From contig MU004242.1 in assembly GCA_010405405.1 (NCBI GenBank), positions 1,101,769 to 1,165,768 of the forward strand: 64,000 bases of DNA, given 5' to 3'. Positions 11,760 through 25,837 of the stretch are shown piece by piece. Below the pieces are notes generated by a model, which was given only the letters and a program-made list of their open reading frames with translations, ran no database searches and was not told the DNA's origin. The DNA comes from Microthyrium microscopicum. Taxonomy: Eukaryota. Each line of letters begins with the position of its first letter. The first letter of the stretch is position 1. A program made the translations under genes and the position numbers.

Positions 11760-13661
11760 ATGCGTCTATCAGTTTCGGTACTGGTAGCCAGTCTCTCCCT
11801 CGTCGGCGTGAATGGACAGAGCGCGACGAATACGGCTGTTCCGAAATTATCTGCGACATCTGCTCCAGCTTCTGGACTATCAACGTTGACTTCGGCATCT
11901 GCTGGACCACCAGCACCGAAGAATACTACTCAATCGGTTCCAGCTTCATCTTCAGTATCAGTGACATCTGCCGCGCCTTTGTCAGCGGCTTCCTCCACTT
12001 CATCGGCCAAAGCAGCTGCAACATCGTCAGCATTCCAAGACAAACTCCCATCCTACGCCCCCAAGGAGGCTAACTGCGGATTTGAGCCACTTGTCCGTCC
12101 GGCCCGCGGTCTCTCACGCGGCGAACAGCAATATGTACGCGCACGCAAGCGACTCGCTGACCGCGCACTTAAACAATGGCTCGATGGCTTTGACGAGAAG
12201 TTCAGCCTCACGCATATGCCCACACTAGCCTTGACATCCAGCGGCGGTGGTGATCGAGCCATGTTGATTGGTGCTGGTATTGTTAAGGCTCTGGACGACC
12301 GTGACAGTGACTCGGCTGTCAGTGGATTATACCAGTCTATGACATACCATGCCGGTCTTTCGGGCGGGTCTTGGCTACTCACAACTTTGGCGGGCAATAA
12401 TTTCGATACGATCAGTACACTGAGCGAGCAGTTGTGGGAGAAGACGTTGGTTAATAATTCGCTGTGGATTACGCATTATGCTACTGCACCAGAGGCACCG
12501 TTTGTCAAGCAGGATATGTTGGACAAGGCGAAGGCTGGGTTCAATGTCACGGTCACAGAGGTCTGGGGACGATTGATTGCGTGGCAGCTTTTGTTGGCAA
12601 AGCAAGAGGAGGAAGGGACAGTGTATCATTTGTCTGATGTTCGACGCACGCGAGCTTTCAGGCGCTTTGAGGGACCATATCCGATCATGACCGCTCTCGG
12701 TGTTGAGGATATCAATGGACCTATCTGCGATGCTGCAGATAATGCCACGCAGTACGAATTCACGCCTGATGAATTCGGCAGCTGGGATAAGGGAGTCCAA
12801 GCATTCACCCCTACGGAATTCCTAGGCTCTAAACTCTCTGGTGGACAACCGGTAAAGAGATTCACTTGTGTACGCAACTTCGACGATTTTGGTATGGTTG
12901 CTGGCACTTCTTCCACCAAGTTCAATGAGCAGTGCGGTAATTCGCAACTTAGCTTCATTGCTCAGTACTTGGATCCATTTGTCTCACCTGCTCAGAACAA
13001 TGCTTCAACTGCGCGCCAGAAGCTTTATGCTCGCTACCCAAATCCTTTCCATAATGTCAAAGCCTCCCCTAAGGTCTCTTCCGCAAATGAGCTCTACCTC
13101 GTCGATGGTGGTCAAGGTAAGATCCTTCAAAATTGTTAGTATAATATCAAATACTAACTACTTGTAGCGAACCAGAACAACCCAATCTGGCCACTCCTCC
13201 AACCAGCTCGTAAAGTCGACGTAGTCTTCCTCAACGACAACAGCGCCGATACCGACAACAATTGGCCCAACGGTACCGAACTTCTCCACACCTATCAACA
13301 AGCCCAACTCGCCGGTCTGACCCGCATGCCACCCGTACCGGACGCTGCAACATTCGTGAACACCGGAATCTTCAAACGCGCCGCCTTCTTTGGATGCGAT
13401 GATCCAAAAGCGGTTACTATCATCTGGCTACCCAACGCGCAATACAAGAGCAGTCCAACCCCAGCAAACACCGCCAGCAGTCAATTTGACTATCCTGCAA
13501 ACGAGACACGCGCCATGATTAGGGATGGAGAGCTGATTATGACTCAAGAAGACGATGCACAGTGGCCGGTCTGTGTTGCGTGTGCGGTTGCAAAGAAGGC
13601 TTCGAGGAAGTTACCGGAGGAGTGTACGGCTTGCTTTGATAAATATTGCTGGAAAAAGTAA
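11760..13661 (+). CDS. Secreted lysophospholipase / phospholipase B (intron 13117-13167)
   Basis: Signal peptide, Ser/Thr-rich N-terminus, SGGGDRAM, catalytic GLSGGSW, EFTPDEFGSWD, LVDGG and a C-terminal CVAC...CF.KYCW. No GPI signal is visible. Confidence 0.93.
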
Positions 13662-13742
13662 CTGGATTGAAGGTTGGCGTTGTATGAACAATTGGTACGC
13701 TCTATATTAATCACAATATATCTAACACGTATTCTTCATCAG

Positions 13743-15210
13743 TCATGAAACCACTACATCGTGACAACAGTCTCCTTCCCTACGTTTCCTCAAAATCGCA
13801 TACATCGCCTCCTCAATCTCATTATACAAACCCACAGCAACCTCATCCTCAAACGGCATAACCTGCACCACCAACAACGCCGCAATCCCCGTCCTCCGAT
13901 CAATCAACTATCCCCATAATCAGTCACCACCTTCGCAACAATTCTCGTAAACACTTACCCAACGCGGCCCACTCGCACCACTCCACGCCACCGTCCCTGC
14001 CGGCCGTTTCTTCACCACATCTTCCACATTCACCACACCCGCCAACGCATGGTTAACACCCAATCCGATCGGAAACTCTGGACACGTAGCCCCATGATCC
14101 GGCCCATCAAACACAGCCTTCAAATACCGCGCATCCGCCAACTGCGGCCGTAACAACTCCTCCACCGACTCTCCCTTGAGGATCCGTCCATCGCTGGAAA
14201 GTAGCGAGGCAAGGAGAACAGCATAGTTGTTCGCAGTAGTATATAGCGCGCCACCACCTCTATGCATCTCCAAATCTTTCCGATGCAGCGGTGTCTTCGC
14301 TATCAACGGTCTACCCACCATCTCACCATCCACGTTCTTTGGCCGTGAACCGATATCTGCTTGCCTGCTCGTCAGCTCTGGATGGTCCCAGATGCGAACC
14401 GTACTGCTCCTCATGCCGAGGGGCGCGAAGATATGGGCCTGTAGGTAGGATTCGTAGGTGGTGTGCGTGAGGACTTCGACTATGCGTGCAGCCCAGTCTA
14501 GACCGATTCCGTAGACCCATCCGTCACCTGGGTTGAAAAGGAGCGGGTATGTGAAGCCGCCCAGAGATGGGGGAGAGGCGTGGAAGTTGTGGTTGGTGGA
14601 TTTAGCCCATTTGGTTAGGAGGGGGGAGTCGGGGGCGTAGGTGAAGCCGCTGGTGTGGGTTAGGAGGGTGCTAGAATGTATGTCAATTGAGAAGGTTGGT
14701 TGGAGTGGGAGTTAGTGATGGGCAGATAGAGTAACTTACCGTAGTGTGATTGGATTGGTAGCGTCTGTAAGAATTGGAGTTCCATCGTTGCCAAAGCCGT
14801 GGAGGATTTTCTTGTTGGCGAGTTCGGGGATTATGGTGCTTAGGTTTGCGTCTAGAGATATCATGTCTTTTTCGACGAGTTGCACTACGCTGATGGCTGT
14901 TACGAGCTTGGTGAGGGACATTGCTGAGAAGACGGAGTCTTGGGTGAATGGTGGTGAGTTTGGGGCGAAGGTGAGGTCTCCTAGTGCTTTGGAATATATC
15001 GTTTCTCCTGTTTAAATTTAGTATTAGTTATAATTGCTGCAGAGGTGATAGAGATGGACCATTTTTGTCTTTGATGAGAAAACTCGCAGCCTGTAGCTTT
15101 ATGCTGGTTGGATCGCTTCTGATATATCTCTGAAGTATTTTGTCTAAAGATGATGTATCGAGGGCCATATCTTCGGTTATGTTCTTTGATTCGTCTTCCA
15201 TGCTCTTCAT
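13743..15210 (-). CDS. Beta-lactamase/transpeptidase-fold serine hydrolase (LovD/EstB-like), 4 exons
   Basis: SxxK motif (MSLTKL), LLTHTSGFTY, PLLFNPGDGWVYGIGLDWA, HIFAPLGM, GGGALYTT and WSG...IDRRTGIA, joined by GT-AG introns. The start codon is uncertain. Confidence 0.88.
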
Positions 15211-17634
15211 GACCCGGGGTATTCGATTCAGTCTCTACTGAGTACAAGAGTGAGGACACTTGACAGTATACGAGAATACTAAAGGAAAGCTACTAAGGTT
15301 AACTTGACTCTGTCGACTGGAAAGAAATGCAGCTCCTAGCTAGAACTGGTAGTATAAAGTTGATATGATGTTGAAGACGACGGGAAGCTTCCTCCGCTTA
15401 AAGCTTGCACGAAGTAGTGCGTTAGGTATTTGTGTTTCGGATCAGCTTGCCAGCGATAAAGTGTGAGCGAAGAAGGGTTCACGAATTCAAAGAGGGCAGG
15501 AAGTTCACACAATCGGGCTAACTACACCTGAACACGTAAAACAAATACTAGGAAACATGTTATCCTCTCTTTGAACATATCAAAATATCTACGAGATACG
15601 TATACGAAATACGAAGGAAGTCTGCATTCTTGAGAACACTAAGGTCACTACCTACCAGTAGTACAATTTGTAAGATATGAAGCTCGAGACTTTGGAAGAA
15701 GATGAAAAGATCAGTTGCATAAGTTCAATGCTTTTATTCACGATAGACAAGTTGAGTCTATCGGTCGATCTTTTGTTGTTGGATATGGTAATTTGATATT
15801 CACCATATATCGCGGAGATTTAGTGAAATACACTTTTACTTACCCCTGAAGATCATAGGGTCTCTTCCATATTAAAGATGGGCACAAGTGGATATGCTGA
15901 GATTACACTTAGAAGACTAAATTTAGTACCTGGAGTAACCAAAAAAGAATGCTGAAAATGATGGAAATTTATGGATGATGCCGTGGTTTCCGAAAGCCGC
16001 GGTACAAGTTCACGTTCTGTGGTATCGTACGATGTTTATACTGTTTGTCAAAGTCGCTTTTTCGGAGACTATGAGAAAGGATGAATGTATGACGCCGGGT
16101 CAATGTATTTTATTAAAGATAGACGTTTATGGGACGAAGGGGAGCACGCTATACTTTGCAGAAGCCGGACTCTCAGCCTTATTAGTATCGACACGTTTTT
16201 TCTTACCATGGATCGCAAGTCGTTCCTTCATTGGGTAAATGGATATTGGCTATGAGCTTGAGCATAGGGATGGTCACGTTTCATGGCTGAAGATCTGACA
16301 ACCGGTAGTTGGGACGGTTAGTTAGGCCATAACAATCATTAATAAGGCACCTGCAGTAAGGTCGCGGGGAAAAGGTTCTTGCAATATTGAATCATAAAGG
16401 GGTAAAAGGGTCTGCTGTGTGTGTTGTGCTTGGCTGCTTGGCTGTCAAGATCTGACTTGCTTGCTCCACAGCATTTGATGCACATTGATCGGCTCAATAT
16501 GCAGCCGAACGAGGAAATCGGCCAGTCCAGCAGTGACGTAGCTACCTTTCTACAAGTAACCACTTGACTCTTTTCTCGGCGAACCTACACCGCGTTTTCA
16601 GTTAACCAACGTGATCGCCTTTGTCATATTGGTACGGTACATTTCTTGAACAAGTGAGTTGGAATTGGAAAGATACAATGGGTGTTGAAACCAGGGTCCA
16701 GAATGTTTGTATATTTATGGAGTGATAGAACTAAGCGTGATGCGCGCGTGCAGCTCCAGTCTCCACTACCAAAGGCCTGGTCCTCTGAAGTGTCAACTGA
16801 TACTTTGATATCATGGCAATATACCTAGTCATGGACGGTCGGAGCAATGGATCGGAGATTTATCTTTACCAGCCTTTCTGTTGGTGGTTATACCTGTTAA
16901 TAGGGCAAAGTAAGTGGATGATGCGGACTCGAGGAGGCGGATCTGACATGGGACAATATTCAGGAGATAGATGGTGCTGCGGATTGAATTGGTTGTAGCT
17001 CAATAGAAACCACAAACATGTGTTGGTTTTATAGTAGGAGATTGTATGTAAGAATCAGCCAGAAAACTTAAAAGTAGACAGAAATGGATTGTAGTGTACT
17101 GTGTGGTAGCAGATGAAGAAGGAGCGATTATCAACTTCTACTTTGGGTGAGTGCGAACGACAGGACAACTGGACAAGGCAAGTGCACTCCTTCCTACACC
17201 ACGCTTGACCACGCTAGGTACTCATCTCTTGATCCACCAACTCTTCTCTCTCCATTTCCATTGCCTACATCTCATCCCATCTACATCTACACTCTCCTAC
17301 TCCTATTACAGCCTTTTGCATTCATCGTGCCTTTGCCGTGAATTCCCCCCTTTATACCCATCACACTCTTCCTACCCGTTGGCTATACTTGTCGCCGTTT
17401 CATCTCAGACAAAGCCACTACGTCATTCCAACCCTTACACCCTGAGGGCTCGTCCACCCCCATCTCGCCATCTACAACCAATCCAACCCCCTCGAACTTC
17501 GCATCGTTGATACCACGCTCTGTACACGTGTATGAGCTTCCCTCGATACCTTACCGTCGCAGTTACGCCCACTCACCGTCGCGCTGTCCCTCGATTCTAC
17601 TCGCATAGATGGACAACTTCACTCCTCCTTAAGC

Positions 17635-20600
17635 ATGTCAGAGACGTCTAAACCTCCCCTTCTCGACCCTACCAGCGAGTCTTCTACCGATGAAACTCCC
17701 AATCTGTCACAACGCAATACCTCTACGCTGCGCCCAGCCATACAACGCCATGTCGTGAGTATCACTCCTGAGCCGGACGTCATAACACGCCCGACGCCAC
17801 ACGGTCTGTCTTCTGGGGGCAATATAAATTTTAGAACAAGTCATGATGGCACGTCGAGCAATCCCCGCAGCGAACGCGGTCAGGCGACTCCGATGGATAT
17901 ACCAACGGGTAAGCCTAGATCGCTCACTCCGGATGGAACAAGTTCTGCTGTGCTTCAGAGGCTGAAAGAAGCAGTGAATGCCAAAATGGTTGCCAAACAA
18001 CATAATGTGATTGCTGCCAGTCCCCCTTCTCGGTCTAGCACAGGGAGCATCCGCAGGATATCATCCATCAAAGAGGAATCCGCGATAACAAGCCCCAAAC
18101 TATCGCCTACTCTCTCCGGAGCCTTTGATAGTCCTTTAACTGCATCAACAGAGTCAACAGAGTCCGTCAAAACCATCAAAGGCAGCGCCGCGCCTACGCC
18201 AGCCGCTTCCGCTTTACGTACCCCTTCATATCCATTCCCATATGTACCTGGAACCCCACGAACTTGGAGCGCTGCCTATCATAAACCTTTCATGACTTTG
18301 TCCCCAACAGTTTCAGCAGGAACCAGAGAAGGCGACACGTCGACTGATGGTCTCAGCTCCGGTCTTAATACTCCCGTCGCCTCAGCCTCCATGTTTGTCC
18401 CGCCTGGCATCACGGGAAACGAGGAGAGCCCAGATTTCCCCGTACCGAATCTCTATGATCTGACTTTGATGCTGAGTCTTGATCCCGGCATGGATGCTTG
18501 GTGGTCAACAGTCGCAAGGATATTTCAAGAGAGCTTTGCTGCTGAGAGGATATCACTAGCCTTGCCTGCAGACGCTGGAGAGCTTACCAATGTGCCTTGG
18601 GGCCAGAAAGCTACATTTAACGTTACTGGCGCACCTGCAGTAAACCACCGAATTGAATCCCCTGACCGAGACATCTCCATATCACACTCACCGCGAGCTC
18701 TATATTCTTCAATGAAACTCAATCTTGCACAGAAGTTAGACAGCGAACAGTCCCGAAAGCTTGGTCTTGCTAATCAGCGACCATCTCTCGCCGCTAGACA
18801 CTCATATGCTGGGTTTGAGGCGCCAGCCGCTCAATATACAACCTCGCCAATTTCCGCAACTCATGCCGGATCCCATTCTCAGCTCCATCGTCCCAGTGCG
18901 TTGAGAACAAAGAGCTATGCGCCAAACGCCACTCACAGATTGCACGAGCTACCAGAGTCAAATGTAGAAGCCTTTGACGAAATTGGACCAATTCCGTCTA
19001 TTAGGGCTGCTGAGCGACATTTCTCGAGTACTAGCGACACTGAATTTTCGACAGTGCCTTCTGATATGCATACTGGCCCCTATACTCAAGTCCTACAAGT
19101 TTTACGCGCATTAAACTATGAATCCGAGGCTTTACTGGAAGCGCAATCCGTGAACAGGATTTTAGAACGCGGCAAGATTGTGGTATTGACTCGGGACTAT
19201 GCAGAGAAATCTTCAAGGCCACCATCTAGTGATGATTCTATCGAAACCAAGATCAATCCAAAGACCAAACTTAAAGACTTGAGCCATTCACAGCCTCCAT
19301 TTGACTTACAAAAGGGGATAAAATTATTGTCTTCTGTTACCGGAAAGCCAGCCGCATACGAGGAATATGAACAATTTCCCAGTTCTCCATGGTCTCAGTC
19401 TCCAGCACCTTCTCCCGCTATTCAAACAGATTCGGATACCAATCCATTTTTTTGCGAGCCGAATGTAGATGAGGCTTCGTTTGCGCCTCCAGAGAAAACA
19501 GTCGACTACACCAATTCAGGAGTCGTAGAAGCAATTGGGGTGGATAAAGCCAGTACCGTAATACATCTGCCATTGATACATCCTCGAGTTGCATCTAATC
19601 TTCCATTCCGGACGGGACCTCCTGGAGCCGCGAGCCCATTTGACAGATTGACAACTGATAGGGTGAACGAAGGTCGAGCCAGTCCTTTAAAGCGTGCACC
19701 CATCGCCGTTCTCTCATTCTCAGCACCTGTAGTACCGTATCCTCAACAGCTAGTGCAAACACTACAACTTCTCGCTCCCCATCTTGCCACGACCTTTGAA
19801 ATTGCACAGCTTTATACTTCAGCCACTGCTCAGAAGGACGCTCTCCAGCGGAGAACAAGAGAATACAGTATTTCAGATACCCCCCATTCTCTTGATGATC
19901 TTGCTGACGCTGAAGTTGATTTGTCAAATGACTCGACAAGCTTAACGAGCCCATCAGATTACTCTGGCAGATCTCGACAAAGCCCCGGAGGTTCGATAGG
20001 TGCCATGACACCCGGGAATTGGGAACAAGGCTCGTTATCATTCGGTCCGCATGGCGTGCCTAGTACCCCAGGCCATGAGATGGTTGAGAGCTATTTTGAT
20101 CCTAAAAAGCGTGCGCCAAGTTCCGTGTCGCAAAGTCTTTTCAAGGCCCCCGAATCTCCAGGACCAGAGAATGAGTTCTTGAGTCGAATGGATCGAAAAA
20201 CGAGAGAGGAGAGGCATACGCCACCCAAGACTAGTCACAGAGCAGTGCATGATACGGCACAACGCAAGCCACATTCGCTCCTACATTCATACGGTGCTGA
20301 TTTCAGGTCAACCTTTCAAACCCTTCCTCAGGCTGCGACACCTAATATCCAGACACCTGGTGTTCGGCTTCCCGACCCTTCAAGAGTATCTACAGTTTCA
20401 GTCAACGACACAGTTCCAGAAATGCCACCACCCTCTGAACGTCTACTAAGAACAATTGTCGATGCTTTACCAGTGCAAATATTTACAGCAGCACCACAGA
20501 CTGGCCACATAACATGGGTCAACTCTAAATTTATCGTCTATCGAGGTCAAGCTGCACAAGCAGTGTTGAGTCATCCATGGAACGCAATACATGACGAAGA

Positions 20601-23600
20601 TCGTCCGGCATACATGGAGGAATGGCAGCGATCCCTAAATACTGGTCAACAATTTTCGCACAAAGTACGACTGCGGCGCTTCGACAATGCTTATCGCTGG
20701 TTCTATGTTCGGGCAACTCCACTTAAAGACCGTAATCAAAGAACTGTTCATTGGGCAGGTACTTACATGGATATACACGAGCAACATACTGCAGAAGCTC
20801 ATGCGGCTCATCAACAAGAGACTGCAGCATCCGAAGCCAAGTATCGGGCTTTGGCCAATTCCAGCCCACAAATCGTATTTGCTGTATCGAGGGCTGGCGG
20901 CTTATCATTTTGCAATTCTCAGTGGATCAGCTATTCTGGCCAAACAGAACCCGAGGCCATGGGTGTAGGTTTCATGGACTTTGTACACCCTGAAGATCTT
21001 GCAAAATGTCGACTTCCAACTTTGAATGAGGATGGTACAGTTGAAGTGGACGCCCCAACGTCTCTACCCCCGGAGACTACACCAATCTCTAAGGGTGGCC
21101 AGCGTGACATCTCCGATACCTCATCGGAGAGTAGCAAAACCGTCACAAGCCCTGGCGTGGACTCATCGGAGGAAATCCATATGCCTCAGTCAAGATTATA
21201 CAAACTCGCTAGCACAGGTATTCTCAAGGTCGCACGAGACCAAGACGGCCGGCCATCATATACTACCGAGGTTCGTCTTCGGTCAAAAGACAATCAGTAC
21301 CGCTGGCACTTGATTCGAGTACTATTATCTGACCCGACACGGAAAGACGAAATCGACGAGGAGACGTGGTATGGGACATGTACTGACATTAACGATCACA
21401 AGATTCTCGAACAAAAGCTAAAAGATACCATGGATGCCAAGTCGAGGTTCTTAAGTAACATGTCCCACGAAATCAGGACACCACTCAACGGCATAACTGG
21501 CATGGTCAATTTCTTGATTGACAGTAGTCTCACGACCGAGCAAATGGAACATGTTAACATCATCCGAAACAGTACAGAAGGTCTTCGGGACCTCATCAAC
21601 GATATTTTGGACTTGTCCAAGGTTGAAGCTGGGATGATTACTCTCACAATGGACTGGATGCACGTACGATCTCTTATCGAAGAGGTCAATGATATAATGT
21701 TTGCCTTGGCTATGGACAAAGAGTTGGAACTCAACTACATTGTTGCTGAAGATGTGCCATCTTTGCTGAAAGGAGATCGATTCAGAGTTCGTCAAGTTCT
21801 ACTCAATGTCATTGGAAACGCGATCAAGTTTACAACGCACGGTGAAGTATTCATCCGATGCGAAGCAATGAAATCGAGAGCTGGGCTTGAGGATAATGAG
21901 GTCATGATCCGGTTCGAGGTCATGGATACTGGATCTGGATTCACAGAAAAGGAGGCAGAGTTCTTGTTCAAGCGGTTCAGTCAAATTGGCTCAGCCACTC
22001 AAACCGGTACTGGCCTCGGTTTGGCCATCTCAATGCAGCTTGTCGAACTGCATGGAGGGAAGATGACTGCTAACAGCGTTCCCAACAAAGGCTCAACATT
22101 CACATTCACCATCAAATGTACCACCTCTTCGGATGCAGAAAGGCCCAAGATGACTGCGGTATCTTCTGCAGATAGTGTAGAGCTTGCCGCCGCAGCAGTT
22201 CTACCAACCCCACAGCCCATTACAGAGACTTCTCAAGGTGTTCGATTTGCGAACAATAAGCCTCTGACCAAGTTTTCCCCTACTCAGACTCCTTCTCCGA
22301 GGATACATCATTCATCAGCCGCCTCATCAGGAAGCTCCGACCCATCTCTTCACACCGCCGACAGTAGCATTCGCTCTCAAAGATCTTCGGTCTCCTCCAT
22401 GATGTCTGAATTGGTTGCAAAGTCACCACCAATGCCTCTCGAAATGCCAGAGCGAATCAGAAGTGATCGCCTCAAGCCAAGTCCCTCAAGTACCGATGTC
22501 TCTTCTAGCGAGTCTGTCTCTACAGTTTCGACAGTCTCTACGGTCCGCCATGAGAAGAGGGCCGGCGAACGTAGTCCTTCACCTCGATTTCAACAGACTT
22601 TATTCTCAATTCTGGTTATTTGTTCATTTCAATATACTACGGAAGCAATTGTCAAGCACATTGATTTGACTATACCCAAGAGCGCCCCGCATCATATCAC
22701 GACCAGGCGCAGCGTAGTGGAGAGTGCCTCTCTGCTGACTGGCGATGATGCCGTACGCTTCTCACATATCGTCGTTGACTTACCCGAAGCGCAACAAGCA
22801 CTGGAAGTACTTCACCAAATCTTAACTTCGCCAGCTCATGCCAATACATGCGTTGTCATTATTGCAGATGTGAGACAACGTCGCGCACTCAGCTCGGCTT
22901 CGCACCATAACTTTGACAAGTTGGAGGCTGAACGCCGTCTTCGCTTCATTTTCAAACCACTCAAACCTTCAAAGATGGCAGTGGTGTTTGATCCGCAGAA
23001 GGAATCGGAAGTGTCCTCCGACATGGCACGCACCCAAAACAGTGCTCAGGCTGTGGCTATAACCCAGAAGATGATTTTTGATGAACTATCGAAGCGATTG
23101 GGCAATAAAGGCTTGCGAGTTCTTTTGGTTGAAGATAATAAGACCAGTCAAATGGTAAGTACCCTCTTCTCTAATTACTCAGCATCGCACTAACAGCTTC
23201 TAGGTTCTTCTAAGGTTCCTGAAACGCGTATCAATCACCGTGGAGTGTGTCCAGGACGGGTTGCAGTGCACCGAAAAGGTTTTATCGCAACCTCATGGAT
23301 ACTACTCCCTCATTCTCGTAGGTTATATCTTCAAACATTTGCATTACATTCTGACAATCTCTCCTAGTGCGATCTCCACATGCCAATCAAAGATGGCTAC
23401 CAAACCACCAAAGACATCCGTCACTGGGAGCGACAAAACCAATACCCCTATATGCCTATCGTCGCCCTTTCAGCCAATGTCCTCGGTGATGTCTATGCCA
23501 AGTGCGCCGAAGCTGGTTTCAATAGCTATGTCACCAAGCCCGTAGACTTTAAAGAGCTACGCGATGCGCTTGTCAAGTTCCTCGACCCACCTGAAGCCGA

Positions 23601-23640
23601 ACGCGCCAAAGGACCAGTGTTCATGCGAGTCAAGCATTGA
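17635..23640 (+). CDS. Hybrid sensor histidine kinase with two PAS/PAC domains, HisKA, HATPase and receiver (HHK2/group V-like); introns 23155-23203 and 23318-23367
   Basis: PAS motifs (IHDEDR...YRWF; VHPEDL...YRWHL...WYGTCTDI), H-box FLSNMSHEIRTPLNG, N-box NVIGNAIKFT, DTGSG, GTGLGLAIS, and receiver LLVEDN...CDLHMP...TKP. The group assignment is an inference. Confidence 0.93.
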
Positions 23641-24512
23641 GCTGTGCTAAGCGTTGTGGCTGGTAATTCGCATATGGCCTGAACGATATAACGTAATGTA
23701 TTCTTCCCCCCTTCACAGCTTAGCCCTTGTTCTACTACCACATACCTATCTACCTACCTATTCATGAGCATACACATTTGTAACCATCACATCGCATGGC
23801 GCTCATCGTGGCGGCCTTATCTTTGCGTTTCTGCATCGGATCCGGTGCTACCTATCTCGTTTTCTTTCTGGGTGTTTTTGGCGCTTCTGCAAAAAAGATA
23901 AAATAAGCCGTTTTATCAAAGTCTATGTTGGACTTTACGCATCTTGGCGCTTTTCTAGTTCTTATTACTCTTACAAACCTCTCTCAATTTTCATGCGTTT
24001 CTTTCACTGTCCTTTTCATTGCGCTGGAGCCGGTGGTCTAGGCTGGCGTTTCATTGTACAATTACTCTTGGTGTGGTGGCTGGGATACCTAATTCGGTTC
24101 TTGTCTTTGGGTTGTATGTAGGTTTATGGATACGAGGAGCCTTTGAGATTCTCTAAGGTGATGGTGGGAGTAAAGTGTGTTGGTGGGTGTAAAGTGTGTG
24201 TATTGGTAGTCTGAGCGATGTTGAAGAATGAATAGACGTCTTATGATGGACATCTTGATATAAACCTCTTTCCATCTCAAAGTAAAGTGCATAGTAAATG
24301 TGAAATTGTGGCAAATGGCTCTATAATGTACAATCGACGACCCAGTTCGTTTTTTCGCTTTGCCCATTCAGTCTGCGCCAGATATCCAGACTCATCTACA
24401 AAATCTCCTAAACGCCACACGACCTTCCACTTCCTCAATATCTATGGTCGCCTTTTCTTCTCGTACAAAACTCCTGGTTACAAGATTGGTTGTTGGTTGA
24501 CATATTGTGTGT

Positions 24513-25544
24513 TTAGAATGGTGGGAGATAGAATGGGTATCCGCCATTCTTCATGCGGAAGATGTTGAGGAGGAAGGAGTAGACGAGGAATAGTCCGCCG
24601 GACCAGACGAGGACGGCGACTTGTTGGCCTTTTGGGTCTGCAATGCGGGGACATTTCAGCGCGAGGTTGATGGCTGCGAAGGAGAGGATGCCATCTAGAA
24701 AACATCGTTAGCAAAATAGAATCGCCGTGATTTGATAGCGAGGCAACTTACAGATTGCAGCAATGATCTGCGTCTCCATACCGTTCTGATTCTGGAATCC
24801 GTTTGCAAAGTATGAAACTCCTCCATTAGCATCGCCAGTCACGTATGGCACTTTACGGATATGGTTGAACATATGTCCGGACGTAAACAGTAGCACTAGC
24901 AACAAGCTGACTGCTGCCCATACGTTCCTGTTCTGCACAACGGGTAGCATATATGGCGCTGCTACCGTCACCATCGTCACAGCACCAATTACCATCGTTG
25001 TGACGAACGCTGCTTTCATATAATTGAATGGCCTGTATATCGCTGGCTTCGCTCCTCCCTCTGGCATGTTCTGCAAAATCCAGCTGTGTAGTTGTTCAGC
25101 CGTCGCCATACCAGTGAAATCGTACCGCAGCGGTGATCCATCGGACTTTGCATTTGAACCAGATGTCGCAGGGTATAGGAAGATTACGGGTGCGTGTTGG
25201 AGTCCTAGCTTTGCGAATGTCTGGCGGCCATCGGCGAAGTCGAGAGTCGCAAAGACGAGGTTTGTGGCTCCTGAGCGGTCGCCCTTTTGCCAGGAACGTG
25301 CCAGGACGTCCCATTCAGGCTGGAATTCCTGGCAGGCTTTGCAGCCAAATTTGGCGTCCATTGCCGTGAGGAGGAGCATGGTGGCATGGTCGCGAGGCGT
25401 TGATGTTAGGGAGGAGAATGTGTTGTCTGTGAGCTTGATGGGGAAGGTTTGCTTGAGGGCGGCTGTGTAGCCTTCTGATTTCGCGGCGAGAACTGTGAGA
25501 GGGGCGAGGAGAAGCCCCGATAAGAGGGATAGTGATGGCCTCAT
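24513..25544 (-). CDS. Oligosaccharyltransferase subunit Ost3/Ost6 (intron 24751-24695)
   Basis: Signal peptide, thioredoxin-like CKAC, FTSGHMFNHIRKVPYV, QNQNGMETQI and a C-terminal FRMKNGGYPFYLPPF. Confidence 0.93.
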
Positions 25545-25837
25545 GATGGGCAATTGACAATTGGTGGGGAGGTGGGAGGAGTTGTTTTGATGCGGTGATG
25601 GAGCTTTCAGGAGGAGCTTGACAGGTGTCGTGGCCAGAAATGTAAGATGCATAAGATAAGATCCTCGAGCATCTTATCATGCTGCATGGATTGCAGGGAT
25701 TACAGAATGTCGAAATCTTGGCATTTTCAACTCCAACTTTTTTTCGTGTCGAAGCTCCAGTCCCCGCCATTATTTTGTTCTGGTGTCGCCTTCGTGATTT
25801 GTTTTCGCACTGGCTTTTAGAGCGCACAGTGTTAACG
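25545..25837. promoter_or_regulatory. Compact divergent promoter region between OST3/6 and RPA190
   Basis: Head-to-head ATGs about 290 bp apart. Confidence 0.5.

Noticed and set aside
11760..15210. Lipase plus LovD-like hydrolase as part of a secondary-metabolite cluster
   Set aside because: No PKS, NRPS, terpene synthase or cluster regulator nearby; the neighbours are housekeeping genes.
15211..17500. Short ORFs in the 2.3-kb gap upstream of the histidine kinase
   Set aside because: No protein-like signal or credible splice pattern; consistent with a long regulatory region.
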